64,000 nucleotides of DNA from Mobula hypostoma (GCF_963921235.1 NC_086097.1:209004001-209068000); one strand, 5' to 3'; positions 24,500 to 37,950 are shown, numbered from the stretch's first letter. The notes: a model not told the origin generated them from the letters alone. Translations and numbers: made by a program.

Positions 24500-24800
24500 A
24501 GGTTCTGGTTTATTTATTATTATCAAAGTATACAACTCTGAAATTCTTCTTCTCCAGGTAGCCACAAAATCAAGAAAGAAAGAAAAAGAAAGCCAATGTG
24601 ATCATGAACCTCCAAATTCCCTCTCGTCAAACAAAAAGTGAACAAAAGCAGAACAGGCACATCAACCCCCAACCCCACTCCCCCCAAGTACAAGAAAAAG
24701 ATCCGGAGAAAAGCACAAAATACAAAAAAAACTAAAAGACTGAAAAAAAGTCTATAATCCAAGTCCACATTCAAAATGTAGAAAATCTGTGCAACATTCT
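24500..24800 (-). mobile_element. Non-coding fragment with Rex1-type tail
   Basis: Minus strand ends 'gaagaagaatttcagagttgtatactttgataataataaat', like the tail at 6345-6400. Confidence 0.5.
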
Positions 24801-25059
24801 CTGAATTGACAGATTAATAATGTCGCTGATCAGAAGTCCAATAATAAAAATTAACGTGCTCCTTGTTTTTGCAAAGCATTCAAAGGGAATCAGTGAAATA
24901 TATTCCATAAAATATTATTTATTTCCTGCAAAGGAAATAACTTGACGCTTTTTTCTCTCACATCTTTGTGATCTCAATAGAAAAAAAATGAATTTTCAAG
25001 TCAGTTTTACTAATTGTTCTCAGATAATTTGTTAACTTAAATGTGTAAATTTAAATTAG

Positions 25060-25808
25060 TATATTGGTTTATTGTTGTCACATGTACCGTCCTGCATATA
25101 GTTGATAAGGATCAATTCATTACAGTAGTGCATTGAGGTTGTACAAGGTAAAACAATAATAGAGTGCAGAATAAAGGGTTAATTTGCAGGTAGGCAATAA
25201 AGTGTAATATCATGTGGAGGTAGATTGTGAGGTCAAGAGGCCGTCTTCTTCTAGGGAACTTTTTAATGGTCTTATAACAGTGACATCGAAACTGTCCTCG
25301 GACCCAGTGTATGGGCTTTTATGATTTTGCTTCGCTTGCCCAACAGGAAGGAGGAAAAGAGAATGTCCAAGGTAGATGGGTCTTGGCTGCTTTACCAAGG
25401 CTGTAAGAAGACTAGACAGAGTCCTTAGAGGGGAGGTTGTGATGTGCTGAGTTGCGTCCACAACTCTCCGCAGTTTCTTGAGGTAATGGGCAGGGAGGTT
25501 GCCGTACCAAGCCATTATGCATCTGTTTAGAATGCTTCCTATGGTGTGTCAATAAAAATTGGTGAGGGTCAAAAGGGCCATGCCAAATTTCTTCGACCTC
25601 CTATGGAAGTAAAGGGACTGATGTGCCTTTTTGTCATGGTGCGAAAGTGCTTAGACCACAACAGTATTTGGTGATGTTCACTTCAAGGAACTTGAAGCTC
25701 TCAATCCCTTCGACTTCAGCACCATTTATGTAAACTGGAGCATATGCACTTCCCTCTTTTCTAAAGTTAGCAACCAGCTCTTTTGTTTTGCTGGTATTGA
25801 GGGAAATG
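25060..25808 (-). mobile_element. Rex1/Babar LINE 3' fragment
   Basis: NTSKTKELVANFRK, INGAEVEGIESFKFLEV, AWYGN...KKLRRVV. Confidence 0.85.
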
Positions 25809-28235
25809 CCAGAAGAACTGGCTGAAGAATTGGAGTGGGGGCAGGGATTCAGATTTCTGGATAATTCGTACATCTTCTGGGCAGGTGGGATCTGTATAAA
25901 AGGGATGAGTTGAGCTTGAATCTGAGTGGAACCAATATTCTTGTAGGCAGACTTAGTAGAGCTGTTGGGGGAGTGGTTTAAGCTAATATGGGAGGGGGAT
26001 GGGAACCAGTATGACAGAACTGAGGATGAGCCAGCAGGTTCACAAGTAGATGATGGGTGTAAAATGAATTTAAGAAAGGACAACCCAATGATTGGGTACA
26101 AATGCAGACAGAGCACAGAGTTAAATTGTACCACAGAGGTAAAATTCAAAAGGGCGAAGAATGCAGCACTGAGGTTGCTGTGTTTAAATGCACATAGCAT
26201 TTGGAATAAGGTGAATGAATTCATGGTGCAATTAAAGGTTGGTCGGTATGACATTGTGGGCATCACTGAATCATGGCTGAAAGTTGGGAGCTTAATATCA
26301 AAGGATATACCTTGCATCGAAAGGACAGGCAGGAACGCATAGGTGGTAGTGAGGCTCTGTTAGTAAGAGATGGAATTAAATAATTAGAAAGTGGTGACAT
26401 AGGGTCAGAGAATGTTGAATCTTTGCGGGTGGAGTTAAGAAATTGCATGGGCAAAAAAACCATTATGGGAATCATATATAGGCCGCCAAATAGTAGCTAA
26501 GATGTGGGGTTGAGATTGCAAAGGGAGATGGAAAAGGCATGTAATAAGGGTAATGACGCAATTATAAAGGGGGACTTCAATATGCAAGAAAATTGGGAAA
26601 ATCATGTTGAGGTCAGTTCGCAAGAGAAGGAACTTGTTGAATGCCTATGAGATGACTCCTTAGAGCAGCTTGTGCTTGAGCCTGCTCGGGGAAAGACTAC
26701 CTTAGACTGAGTGTTGTGTAATAACCAGATCTTATTAGGGGGCTTAACGTAAAGGAACGCTTAGAGATAATGGATGCATTAGCCATGATCTTTCAAGAAT
26801 CACTTGATTCTGGCATGGTCCTGGAAGAATGGAAGATTACAAATGCCATTCTGCTCTTTATGAAGGGAGGAATGCAAAAGAAAGAAAATTATAGGCCAGT
26901 TAACCTAATCTTAGTGGTTGGAATCTACTATTAAGGATGAGCCTTCAAGGTACTTGGAGACTAATGATAGAATAAGTCAAAGTCAGCATGGTTCCTGTAA
27001 AGGGAATTCTTGCCTAACAGATCTGTTAGAGTTCTTCGAGGAAGTAACAAGCAGGAGAGGCAGTGGTTGTCGCTTCCATGCATTTTCAGAAGATACTTGA
27101 TAAGGTGCCAAACAGGAGGACGTTTAACAAGATAAAATCCTGTGGCATTACAGGAATGATACTGGCATGGATAGCAGAATGGCTTACAGGCAGGGGGCAG
27201 TGAGTGGGAATAAAAGGGGCCTTTTCTGGCTGCTGGTGACTAGTGGTTTTTCCTCAGGGGGGTCAGTATTGGAACCACTGCTTTTCACATTGTTTGTCAA
27301 TGATTTAGATAATGGAATTGATGGCTTTGTAGCAATGTTTGCGGATGATACAAAGGTAGGTGGAGGGGTTGGTGGTGCTGGGGAAGCAATGCAATTGCAG
27401 CAGGACTTGGATATATTGCAAGAGTGGGCAAAAAAGTGGCATATGGAATACAGTGTTGGGAAATGTATGATAATGCATTTTGGTAAAAGGAACAATAGTA
27501 CGGACTATTATTTAAATGGGGAGAAGGTTCAAACATCAGAAGTGCAGAGAAACTTAGGAGTCCTTGTGCAAGATTCTCAGAAGGTTAATTTACAGGTTGA
27601 GTCTGTGGTAAAGAAGGCAAATGCAATGTTGGCATTTATTTCAAAGGGAATAGAATATAAAAGCAAAGAGATAATGCTGAGCCTTTATAACAGACTAGTC
27701 AGGCCGCACTTGGAGCATTGTCAACAGGTTTGGGCTCCATATCTCAGAAAGGATGTGTTATCATTGGAGAGAGTCCAGAGGAGTTTCACAATGATGTTTC
27801 TGGGAATAAAGGGGTTAATATATGAGGAGCATTTGGCAGCTTTGGGCCTGTATGCTCTAGAATTTAGAAGAGTGCATGGGGATCTCGTTGAAACTTACCA
27901 AATGTTGAAAGAACTAGATAGGGTGGATGTGGAGAGGATGTTTCCTATGGTGAGGTTACCCAGAACTAGAGGGCACAGCCTCAAAATTGAGGGGCACCCT
28001 TTAGAACAGAGATAAGGAGGATTTTTTTTAGCCAGAGAGTAGTAAGTCTGTGGAATGCTCTGCCAGAGATTGCGGTGGAGGACAAGTCTGTGCATATATT
28101 TCAGGGCATCAAAGGATATGGCAAGAAGGCGGGTGTAAGGGATTGCGTGGGATCCAGAATCACCCACGATGGAATGGTGGGGGAGACTTGATGGTCTGAA
28201 TGGCCTAATTCTGCTCCTGTGTCTTATGGTCTTAT
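25808..28235 (+). mobile_element. CR1 LINE (ORF1 end, endonuclease, RT, 3' UTR), internally deleted
   Basis: CLNAHSIWNK...DIVGITESWL, YRPPNS, GDFN; ORF 27167-28015 with MFADDTKV and LVRPHLEHC; tail 'gtcttatggtcttat'. Confidence 0.93.
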
Positions 28236-28849
28236 TTTGGAAAGGTATATGTGCAGTATAGAAATTGAGATTTCAATGGAGCTTTAGCAAAAATTCAGTG
28301 ATGTTTGAATAATGTAAGATTTTGTGCCATTATACACTAGAAATGCATCCCACAGCGTATACTGTATATGTTATGTTCTGTTGAGTATATGAAATCTTGG
28401 TATTCCTTTAAAATGAACATCGGAGCTTAAGGTTTTTAATTATTTCGCCACTAAGGAAACGTTAAGGAAATTAAAGAAATTAGATCTTTTCTTCAGAGAA
28501 AATAAACTGGCAAATTTGCTTTACTGCTGTCCCTTTGCCTCCACTTTCCAACCCCTACCCAACCCCATCACCTTCTCATCACTCTCTTCACTAGGAATTC
28601 AAATTAAAGCCATGAAGCTGTCCGGTAAATATTAGCAGTAGTGCTGCTGTTGATCTAATGTTATTTCAGAAGTGGTGTCAAAGATTATTGAGTCAGTTCC
28701 TTGCTTTCTAACCTTTGATTTTATCTCAGTGGTATCTGGTGAGACGATGCCAGCATCTGATCAGATGATTAGCATAACTGCAGCTTCATTCTGCAAGTAT
28801 AAGCTCTTATGCATAATATAGCGGAAAGTCGGCCAAGATTTGGCATGGT

Positions 28850-29850
28850 CAACATGAGCAGATGGTCATGATAATGGCGTCTTTGATGTTTAACACTGCG
28901 TCTTCCTGTTAGAAAACGTGAGGATGAGCCTGTGAATTTTTTGTTTGAAGCTTTTCTTAACCAGCTTTTAGAACCTCAGCAAGGATACTGTCCTCTACAG
29001 AGGCCTCATTCCTCTTCAGTTGACAAAAGGCAATTTTTGATCTCTTGCCAACTTGGAGAATAGCAAGGCTAGACCATATAAAATTCCATGGGACAGAATG
29101 AAGTACAGAGTCATCATTCAATGTCTTTCAACTGCTTCATTTCGTGCATTTTAATCCTTGCATTTGAATAAACTCTCCTTATTCTTCCACCTCTGCAGGG
29201 TGGATCCTTGCGTGCTTGGGGGCTGTGCTGAAAATTCAGCGCATATCATGGCTACGCGATAGTTGTTAGACATCTGATGTTTTCTCTGCTCTTGAATTCT
29301 TGAATCAAGGCTTCTTTTTTAAATTAGACTTTAGGTTCCAAATACCCGCAGATGAGATGGAATGGAACTTTGAATCCAAGAATACCTTGCATTTCTGGTT
29401 AATTTGTTCCTGGTTTATTTGTGTCAAGCCAGAAAGGCCAAAAACAAAGTTGCTTTCTCCAATAGGGAAAGTCATAGGAGGGTCCTCTTCAAATGTCTCT
29501 CCAGTGACCAGTAAGCTACTCTGTAATTTAGTATGGATCTTGAATATGTGGGAATGTCAAAAAACATGAAGGGAGCTACATCAGCCACAATCTACGGCCT
29601 TTCTCCTTCTCACAAATGCTGGGTGGTACAGAATACATCAGCGTTTACCTGTCTTCAAAAATTCACCTGCATTCTTGTTGTACTCCCACTGCAAACCCGA
29701 TTCAAGCCAAAAGACACAATGTCAATGCAGTGGGACTGGACAAAACTGAATCATTGCACAAAACCTCTTCTCATTCTTTCTCATTACAGTACTGCATTTC
29801 CTCTTCAACAAGCTCCCCTTAGAGTCTGCAAGGTCAATTGGGAACTATTT
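28850..29850 (-). mobile_element. Ancient RTE-clade LINE ORF remnant
   Basis: Manual minus-strand translation through stops gives ...EDSILAEVLKAG*EKL...QEDAVLNIKDAIIMTI, resembling the RTE pre-RT motif DGIPAEVLK.GG...KDA.IVTI. Confidence 0.55.
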
Positions 29851-29859
29851 CAATTATGT

Positions 29860-30570
29860 CCCTCCAGCGTCCTTCATGGGGCAACAGTGTGTAGTTGAGA
29901 CTTTCATGTGTGCGCTTTCAGAGACTGAGCTCCAACTCCTCACTGACTCCTTCGTAGTGGTGTTAGGAAAATGAGCCATACACTGGGGTGGTAGGCAGCC
30001 GTCGATTCCAGGGGTCATGGGTTTGTGCCTCTTGTAGACAGTGTCCTCTCCAGGGAGCAAGCCTGGGTGGGAAGTTTCGAAGAACCGGTTGTTGCCCATG
30101 CAGTGGGCACCCCCTCTCCGTATCACTGAAGTAGTCCAAGGGAAGGGCAGACACCGATACAGTTTGGCACCAGTATCATCGCAGAGGTTGCCAGAGTGAA
30201 GTTGTAAACAACATAAAACTGCCTTAGGAACCTCGGCTCCAGATTTCTTTCTCGGGGTTTACTCCCAAAGCTTTTCCCATGGGTGGGGTATGGCCGCAGA
30301 GCAGGGGAGGTTTAAAATCAGAGTTTTCCTTTCCCTAGGCAGATTGCCATCCAAGGCTGATGAGCCCCACCTGCCAGAAGCAGCTGGTTTTGAGGCGCTA
30401 GCAGTCCACCGTTGCCCCTTCTCTTGCCAGTGGAAACAGTTCTGCCGGGCCTAGAAGCTAAGCCACACATGAAGGCCAAGAGTTGGACTTAGTTGTCAGA
30501 GGCTATTAGAGACGCATGCCATTTGGAGCACTTTATAGGTAATGAGAGCTTATCCACACTACCACCCCCA
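29860..30570 (-). mobile_element. RTE-type 5' leader or non-autonomous derivative
   Basis: Minus strand has 'ggcaatctgcctagggaaaggaaaactctgattttaaacctcc...gggagtaaaccccgag', which I recognise as an RTE 5'-UTR-type motif. Shares ~80 bp with the SINE at 6520-6598. Confidence 0.65.
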
Positions 30571-31414
30571 GCTACCACAACCTTAGGAACCACCATACAC
30601 TACATATCCTCAAAACAGCCGTCCTCCAAAGACCTGTCCAAATTAAAGACCATCAAACAACCATTATCATTTACTGTTCATTGAAGATGTTAGCAATTTG
30701 GGGAAGATGAAGATCTTTTGCACATCTATATCATTAATTTTATCCTTCTCAACTTGATCCAGTCAGAATCCTACCGAAACAAGCTTTGTTAATTATACTA
30801 CTAAAGTCAAAACCAAAATCTCTCTGTATGCTTGCTGTGCAACACTTTAATAGCTGCCTAGATCAAGGAAAATCTGTGGAAATCCAGATTAATTACACCT
30901 TAAAGCAGTTTTTTATTTCTTAGTCTTCACACATCATTTACCACATGGGCTTGACACAGTGAGTTTTAGGTCTAATGACAAGGAGATTGAAGAGAACTGG
31001 AGACTGGGATGTTCAGAAATAGGAAGCTGTGAATCCACAAAGGAACTTGAATATGAAGATAAGAATTTTAACTGTGATGCTTTTACTCCTCTAGGATCAA
31101 ACAGAAGCCAGTGAGCACAAATGTAGTTATAAATGCTGATTATGTCATGGTGCAGAGTTGCTGCAGAGGAATCCCCTTTACAGATCTCACCTTCCATTTC
31201 TAATCCAGTCAGCATTAAGGCCAAAGGAAGGATTTATTTTTCTCACTTAAAATCTGGGAACTGGAACATCAATTTAAAAGGCAAAGTGCAGTTTTGTTAC
31301 TCTGCATATTTTCTAATGTAATCTGAATGTAAATGCATGGTGACAGAGCTATCTATTTGCTCTGGAAACAGCAGATATATCCGAAGGCAGCTTTCTCTGA
31401 AGTGACATCCACAT

Positions 31415-31551
31415 CAGAATCAGGTTTAGTATCACCAGCAAATGTGAAATTTGTTAACTTTGTGACAGCAGTACAATGCAATACATAATAATATAGGTCA
31501 AACCTGTGAATTACGGTAACTATATATATATATCAAAAAATGTGCATTGCC

Positions 31552-31621
<70 letters not shown>

Positions 31622-32716
31622 TAAATTAAATTAAATTAGTGCAAGAAGTAAATAAGGATAAGTGAGGTAGTGTTCACAGTTTCATTGTCCATTCAGAAAT
31701 CGATTGGCACTGAGTGTGTGCCTTCAGGCTTCTGTACCTCCTTCCTGATCCCTCAGCCTTGTTCCTTCAACAACTCTAATAACATTCACAGGTAATCTGC
31801 CCTCTGCTGATTCTACCACACATGAGCACACATTAAGCACACATCCCTGAGGTGGGGCATTTCCTGGGTGTTTGGGGTCCTTAATGATGGATGCCACCAT
31901 TTTGAGGTACCACTACTTGAAGATGTTTTGGACACTACAGAGGCTAGTACCCATGATGGAGCTGACTAATTTTACCACTCTCTGCAGCTTATTTTAATCC
32001 TGTGCAGTAGCCCTCTCCCACACCAGACGACAATGCAGCCAGTCAGAATGCTCTCCATGGTGCATCTGTAGAAATTTTTGAGTGTTTTAGGGACATACCA
32101 AATCCTCTCAAACCGCTGATGAAATTCTACCACTGGCATGCTTTCCTTAAAGCTGTATTGATATGCTGGGACCAAGTTAGGTCCTCAGATATGTTAACAT
32201 CCAGGAACTTGAAATTGCTCACTCTCCCCACTTCTGCTCCCTCTATAAGGATTGGTGTGTGCCCCCTCATCTTACCTTTTCTGAAGTCCACAATCAGCTC
32301 TTTAGTCTTATTGAAGCTGTGTGTGAGGTTGTTGTTGCAACATCACTCAACTAGCTGGTACATCTCGCTCCTGTACGCCCTCTCATCTCCATCTGAAATT
32401 CAACCAACAATGGTTGTGTCATCAGTAAATTTATAGATGGCATTTGAACTTTGCCTAGCCACACAGTCATGGGTGTAGGGAGAGTAGGGCAGTGGGCTAA
32501 GCTCACATCCCTGAGGTGTGGCAGTGTTGATTGTCAACGAGGTGGAGATATTGTTTCTGATCTGCGTAGATTGTGGTCTTCCAGTTAGGAAGTTGAGAAT
32601 CCAGTTGCAGAGGGAGGTACAGAGGCCCAGGTTCTGTAGCTTTTCTATCAGGACTATAGGAATGATAACGTTAAGTGCTAGGCTATTGTCAGTAAACAGC
32701 ATCTTGACATAGGTAC
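31415..32716 (-). mobile_element. Rex1/Babar LINE fragment (RT to tail)
   Basis: [50 protein letters not shown]; tail near 31415-31430. Confidence 0.92.
31551..31621. repeat. Compound microsatellite (AT)n(AC)n(GT)n
   Basis: Read directly from the sequence. Confidence 0.97.
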
Positions 32717-33009
32717 ATGCAGTCCTCACGTGTGGTAGAATCAACAGAGGACAGATCACCTGTGAATGTCATTCGAGTTGTTGAAGGAGCAAAACTGAGG
32801 AGAGCAGAAGCAATAAAGTTATAATAGAAGATATCACACTAACAAACTGAGAGCAATAAGAAGAAGATTAATATAATAAAGTAAGAACAGGACTTGTGAG
32901 TGAGAATTACAAATGATGGTAACTGTTCGAAAAATAATCTTTCTATAAGACAAAATGACAGGGGTTCGGACAGATTTTCAAATTTTTGCTAGTCACTGCT
33001 GAGGGATCA

Positions 33010-33320
33010 GATGCCTATTTTCAAGAAGGGCAATGAGGACAGAATTGTAATTACAGTCCAATGAGTGGAGTGTCAGGAATAGATAAGTTACTTGAAAAAT
33101 TTTGAGAAACAAGATTAATCTATACCTGGAAGGGCAATGATTAATCAAAGGTAGTTATCACGGTTTTGTTAGGGGTAGATGTTGTCTAACTAATTTGATT
33201 GAATTATTTGAAGAGATAACAAAGTGATTAATGAGGTCATTGCAGTTGATGTAGTCTAAAATGGACCTCAGTAAGGTATTTGAAAAGTTGTAACTGGTCC
33301 AAGTAAGAGCCAATGGGATA
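33010..33320 (+). mobile_element. Old CR1 RT fragment
   Basis: HGFVRGRCCLTNLIELFEEIT. Confidence 0.75.
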
Positions 33321-33324
33321 TAGA

Positions 33325-34826
33325 ATAACCCTTCATTCGAGCTGTGTGTGGTGCCCACTTGCTTCAAGCAGGCTTCAATCGTGCTGGTGCTCAAGAAGAG
33401 TGTGGTTCCTGCCTAAGTGATTATTACCCAGTGGCACTTACATCCATAGTGATGAAATGTTTTGAGAGGCTGGTGTTGAAGCATATCAGCTCCTGTCTGG
33501 GTGGCGACTTCGACCCACTCCAATTCACCTACCGAAGCTCCAGGTCTACAGAAGATGCTGTCTCATTGGCTCTTCACACACCCCTGGAGCATCTGGACAG
33601 CAAAAATGCATACATCAGAATGCTCTTTATTGATTACAGCTCGGCATTTAACACCATCATCCCCTCAAAACTAATCAGTAAACTCCAAGACCTGGGCCTC
33701 ACTAGCCCTTTGGATCCTGGATTTCCTCACTTGCAGACCCCGGTCAGTTCGGATTGGCAAAAACATCTCTTCCACAAACTCCATCAGCACAGGATCGCTG
33801 CAGGAATGTGTACTTAGCCCCCCGCTCTACTCACTTTACACCTGTGGCCGTATGGCCTAAGTACAGCTCCAACCCCATATATAAGTTTGCTGATGACACC
33901 GCTGTTGTGGGCTGTATCGAAGGTGGTGATGAATCAGCATACAGGAGGGACATCGAAAATTTGGCTGAGTGGTGTAATAACAACAACCTCTTACTCAATG
34001 TCGATAAGACCAATGAACTGATAGCAGACTTCAGGAGAGGGAAACCAGATGTCCATGTGCTAGTAATCATCAGAGGATCAGAGGTGGAGAGGATCAGTAA
34101 CTTTAAATTTCTGGGTGTCATTATCTCAGAGGACTTGTCTTGGGCCCATCATATAAATATAATTGCAAAGAAACCACAACGGCATCTCTACTTCCTCAGG
34201 AGTCTGCGAAGATTTGGCATGTCATCAAAAACCTTGGCATACTTCAATGCATGTGTAGTGGAAAGTTTGCTGACTGGCTGCTTTTGGCCTGGTATGGGAA
34301 CGTCATGCTGTTGAGCATAAAATCCTACAAAAAGTAGTGATTTCAGCCCAGTACATCATGGGTAAAGCTCTTCCAACCATTGAGCACACCTACATGAAAC
34401 ATTGCTGTAGAATAGCAGAATCCATCATCAAAGACCCTCACCACCCAGGCCATGCTGTTTTCTCGCTGCTGCCATCAGGTGGAAGGTACAGGAGCCTCAG
34501 GACTCACATCACCAGGTTCAAGAACAGTTACTACCCCTCAACCATCGGGCTCTTGAACAAAATGGTATAACTAAACATCCTGCTTCTGGTATTCTCACAA
34601 CTGATGGGCTCACTTTTAGGACTCTTTTATCTTGTTATTTCACGACTATTATTTATTGCTTTTTATTTTCATCTGCATTTGCAGATTGTTGTTCATTGAT
34701 CCTGTTTGCAGTTACTGTTCTATAGATTTGCTTAGTATGCAAACAGAAAAGGAACTTCAGGGTTGTATGTGGTGACTTGTATATCTCTAATAAAAAAATT
34801 TTACCTTGAACTTTGCACTTTGAACA
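33325..34826 (+). mobile_element. Rex1/Babar LINE, 5'-truncated and frameshifted
   Basis: [56 protein letters not shown]; tail 'ccttgaactttgcactttgaac'. Confidence 0.95.
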
Positions 34827-35544
34827 TTGATGCTGATGTAAATAGAGCCACAATTTGGTTGGTAACAGAAAGCCTGGGACTAATATTTGACAATAGGGAT
34901 TGGCAATTAGTGTTACAGATGTTAGGGTTACAAATGTTTGTGATTTAAAATGCAGCAGGCTTGACTTGTAAGTTTGTAGAAGACATGAAAATTGGACACA
35001 TTGACTAAATAGGCAGAAGAGTAAGAAATGGAATTTAATCCTGATAAGTGTGAAGAGAATCATTTTGGGAATATAACAAGACTAGAGAAAGCAGAATGAA
35101 TTGTAGTGTTTTAGCGAGTTTTGGGAAAGAGAGAAACATTGGCATGTATGTTCATATCCCCGAAGGAGGCTGCTAAGTTACATGAGGTTGTTAATAATGA
35201 CCATATGAGTAAAGAGGTTATGATATAACTTTATAAACCAGCAGACAATCTGCAACAATAGCTCGCATATCCACATTGGTGGATCTAGATTCAAAAATAA
35301 GTAAAGTAAGGTTTGCAGATTTCATCCTCTGAAAGACATTTTTTTCACGATAATCCTGCAGTTTGGTAGTTATCATTGTTAATGACTAATTTGTTTTTTA
35401 CTTCAATTCCAGATTATTAACTGAAGTAAAGTTCGGTATTGCATATTTTCACTTGTGCACACTACCATTGCCTAATATGAATGAGAAATTATCAGGGAGG
35501 TCTGGGCCTCCAACTATGTCCAGTAGCATTCATGATTACTGTGA

Positions 35545-36690
35545 TGAACTGCTTTGGTTGGGGCTAGAATCAACTTCTCCCTGCACAAGGAGTTAGACCC
35601 TCTGCAATTTGCCCACAGCCATAACAGGTCTACAGCAGGCACAATCTTACTGGCTCTCCACTTGGCCTTGGACTACCTGGTAAATAGCAATGCCTATGTC
35701 AGGCTGCTGTTTATTGATTACAGCTCAGTGTTCAACATCATTATCTCCTTAATACTAATCAACAAGCTTGAAAAACTGGGCCTCTGTACTTCCCTCTGCT
35801 ATTGGATTCTTGAATCCCTAAATGTGAGACCATAGTGAATATAGATTGATGATAACATTTCCTCCTCACTGAGAATCAACACCAGCGCACCTTAAGGATG
35901 TGAGGTTAGCCCACTGCTCTATTTATTAGAATCATGACTGTGTGGCTAGGCACAGCTCGGACGCCATCTATAAATTCACCAATGACAACTCTGTTGTTGG
36001 CAGAATCTCAGACGGTGATGAGGAAGGATAGAGGAGTGAAACGTATAAGCTAGACAATTGGAGTCACAACACCAGTCTTGTTCTCTATGCCATTAAGAGC
36101 AAGGAATGATTGCAGATTTCAGGCAGGGGAAGTCAGAAGAACACACATCAATTCTCATTGAAGGGACAGTGGTGGAAAGGTTGAGCAATTTCAAGCTCCC
36201 ACGTATCAACATCTCAGATCTATCCTGGGCCCATTACATTGATGCAATCATGAAAAAGATTACCAACAGCTATACCTCAATAAGTAATGGGAGAGATTTG
36301 TTACACCACCAAGGACTGGTAAATTCATGCTGAATAACTCTGGAGAGCATTCTGATCACTGTGGTGTGGAGGCACAAATGCACAGAATCAGAATAGATTG
36401 CAGAAGGTTACAGCCTCAGCCAGCTCCATCACGAACAATGGCTTTGCCAGCATTAAGGACATATCCAAAAGGTGGTGCCCCATGAAGGTGACATTCATCA
36501 TTAAGGACATTCATCTCCCAGGACATTCCCTCTTCTCATTACTACCATTAAGGAGGAGGCACAGGAGCCTGAAAACCCAAACTCAACACATTAGGACTTG
36601 TTTCTTTCTCTCTGTCATCAGATTTATGAACAGTTCATGAACACCACCTCATTATTTGACTTATTTATTGTTCATATTGTAACTTATTTT
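35545..36690 (+). mobile_element. Older Rex1/Babar fragment
   Basis: LDPLQFAHSHNRST, LFIDYSSVFNII, PGHSLFSLLP. Confidence 0.88.
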
Positions 36691-36709
36691 TATTTATATG
36701 CTAGCTTTG

Positions 36710-37230
36710 GGGTGTATGTGGTGTCCGGGGAGGTGTTGCACCTCTGGTGAAGGGGCTTGTCGTGTACAATCTGGGTTAACTCACTCACCTTTGGTTCCCA
36801 CTGGGCACTCAGCTCTCACGTGTGACTCCAAGTAGCTGTTTACATATAACAGCAGCCACACCCTGAACATTGCTTTGATAGATGGGCTAAACCAGGTGAG
36901 AGTATCAGGTGAGATAGGGAGATGCCTGTCCTAGCATTCAAAGTAATTTCCGGAGGACTGTGCGGATGAGATCCACAGTGAGATCCAACGACCAGGCAGG
37001 TGATTCTCCAATATTCAGTGGAGAGTGAAGGACAAGGTGAGGCATAGAGGATGTCATGGCCATTCTTTGCAACCAAGGAAGTCCCCAGTTGTGATGACTA
37101 CTTGTACTATGGACCCAAACTTCTGAGGTTAAGAGAGTCGATCTGCCCCAGTGCAGTGGCTTTTCCACTTTAAAAAAAACCTCTGCCGTACAGGTTTCCT
37201 GTCATTGTCTGATTCAACGGACAACCAGCA
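36710..37230 (+). mobile_element. Probable interspersed repeat, RTE-leader-like, unclassified
   Basis: GC-richer non-coding block with 'tgggctaaaccaggtgag' and 'gtggcttttccacttta'; recognised only loosely. Confidence 0.35.
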
Positions 37231-37516
37231 TGTTGAAATTATAGTAATTTGTTATTTCTATATCGTAATGCTGCCACAAAACAACAGATTTCACAAGTAA
37301 TGTCATTGATGATAAAACTGACTCTAATTCAAATTCTAATGTTTAGGGTCACTTTGAAACGAGGGTCAGCTGTTTGGGGTCAGGGGTTGCACAAGAACCT
37401 TAATCAGAGTCAGAATTTGGAATTAATTTCCCAGTTGGCTACTGGATCAGGGATTCAAGGTTAAGATTGATGGGTTGATTAGGAAGTCAGTGGTCTGGTG
37501 TAGAGATGGGTTCTAA

Positions 37517-37950
37517 TGTCATAGAGTCATAGAGTGAGTCTCACAACATGAAAACAGGTCCTACCACCGAATTTGTCAATGCCATCTGTGATGGTCAGTG
37601 AGCTCATCCCATCTGCCCATAGCCCTCTAAATCTCTCCCATCAACAGTATGTACTTACCTAGATGGTTTTTAAACATTGCTAATGTGTCTGCATCAACCA
37701 CTACTTCTGACAATTCATTCCAAATACACACTGCCCTTTGTATGAAGAAGCTGCCCCTGATGTCCCTTTTAAATCTCTCACTTCCAACCTTGAATTTAAG
37801 CCCTCTTGCGTTTAGCACCTCTTTCCCAGGAAAAAGACTTGGTGCTTTCATCCTATCTATGTTCCTCATGGTTTTATATACCTCCATTAGATCACTCCTC
37901 AATCTCCTATTTTCCAGGAAACAAAGTTCTAGTCTACATAACCTCTCCTT
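37517..37950 (-). mobile_element. CR1 3' end
   Basis: ORF 37627-37902 (RSDLMEVYK...FFIQRAVCIWNEL); gtcataga tail repeat. Confidence 0.88.

Noticed and set aside
29300..29898. Plus-strand ORFs and an acceptor-like site at 29199
   Set aside because: All frames after the acceptor close quickly; the region is better explained as the antisense of a decayed RTE ORF.
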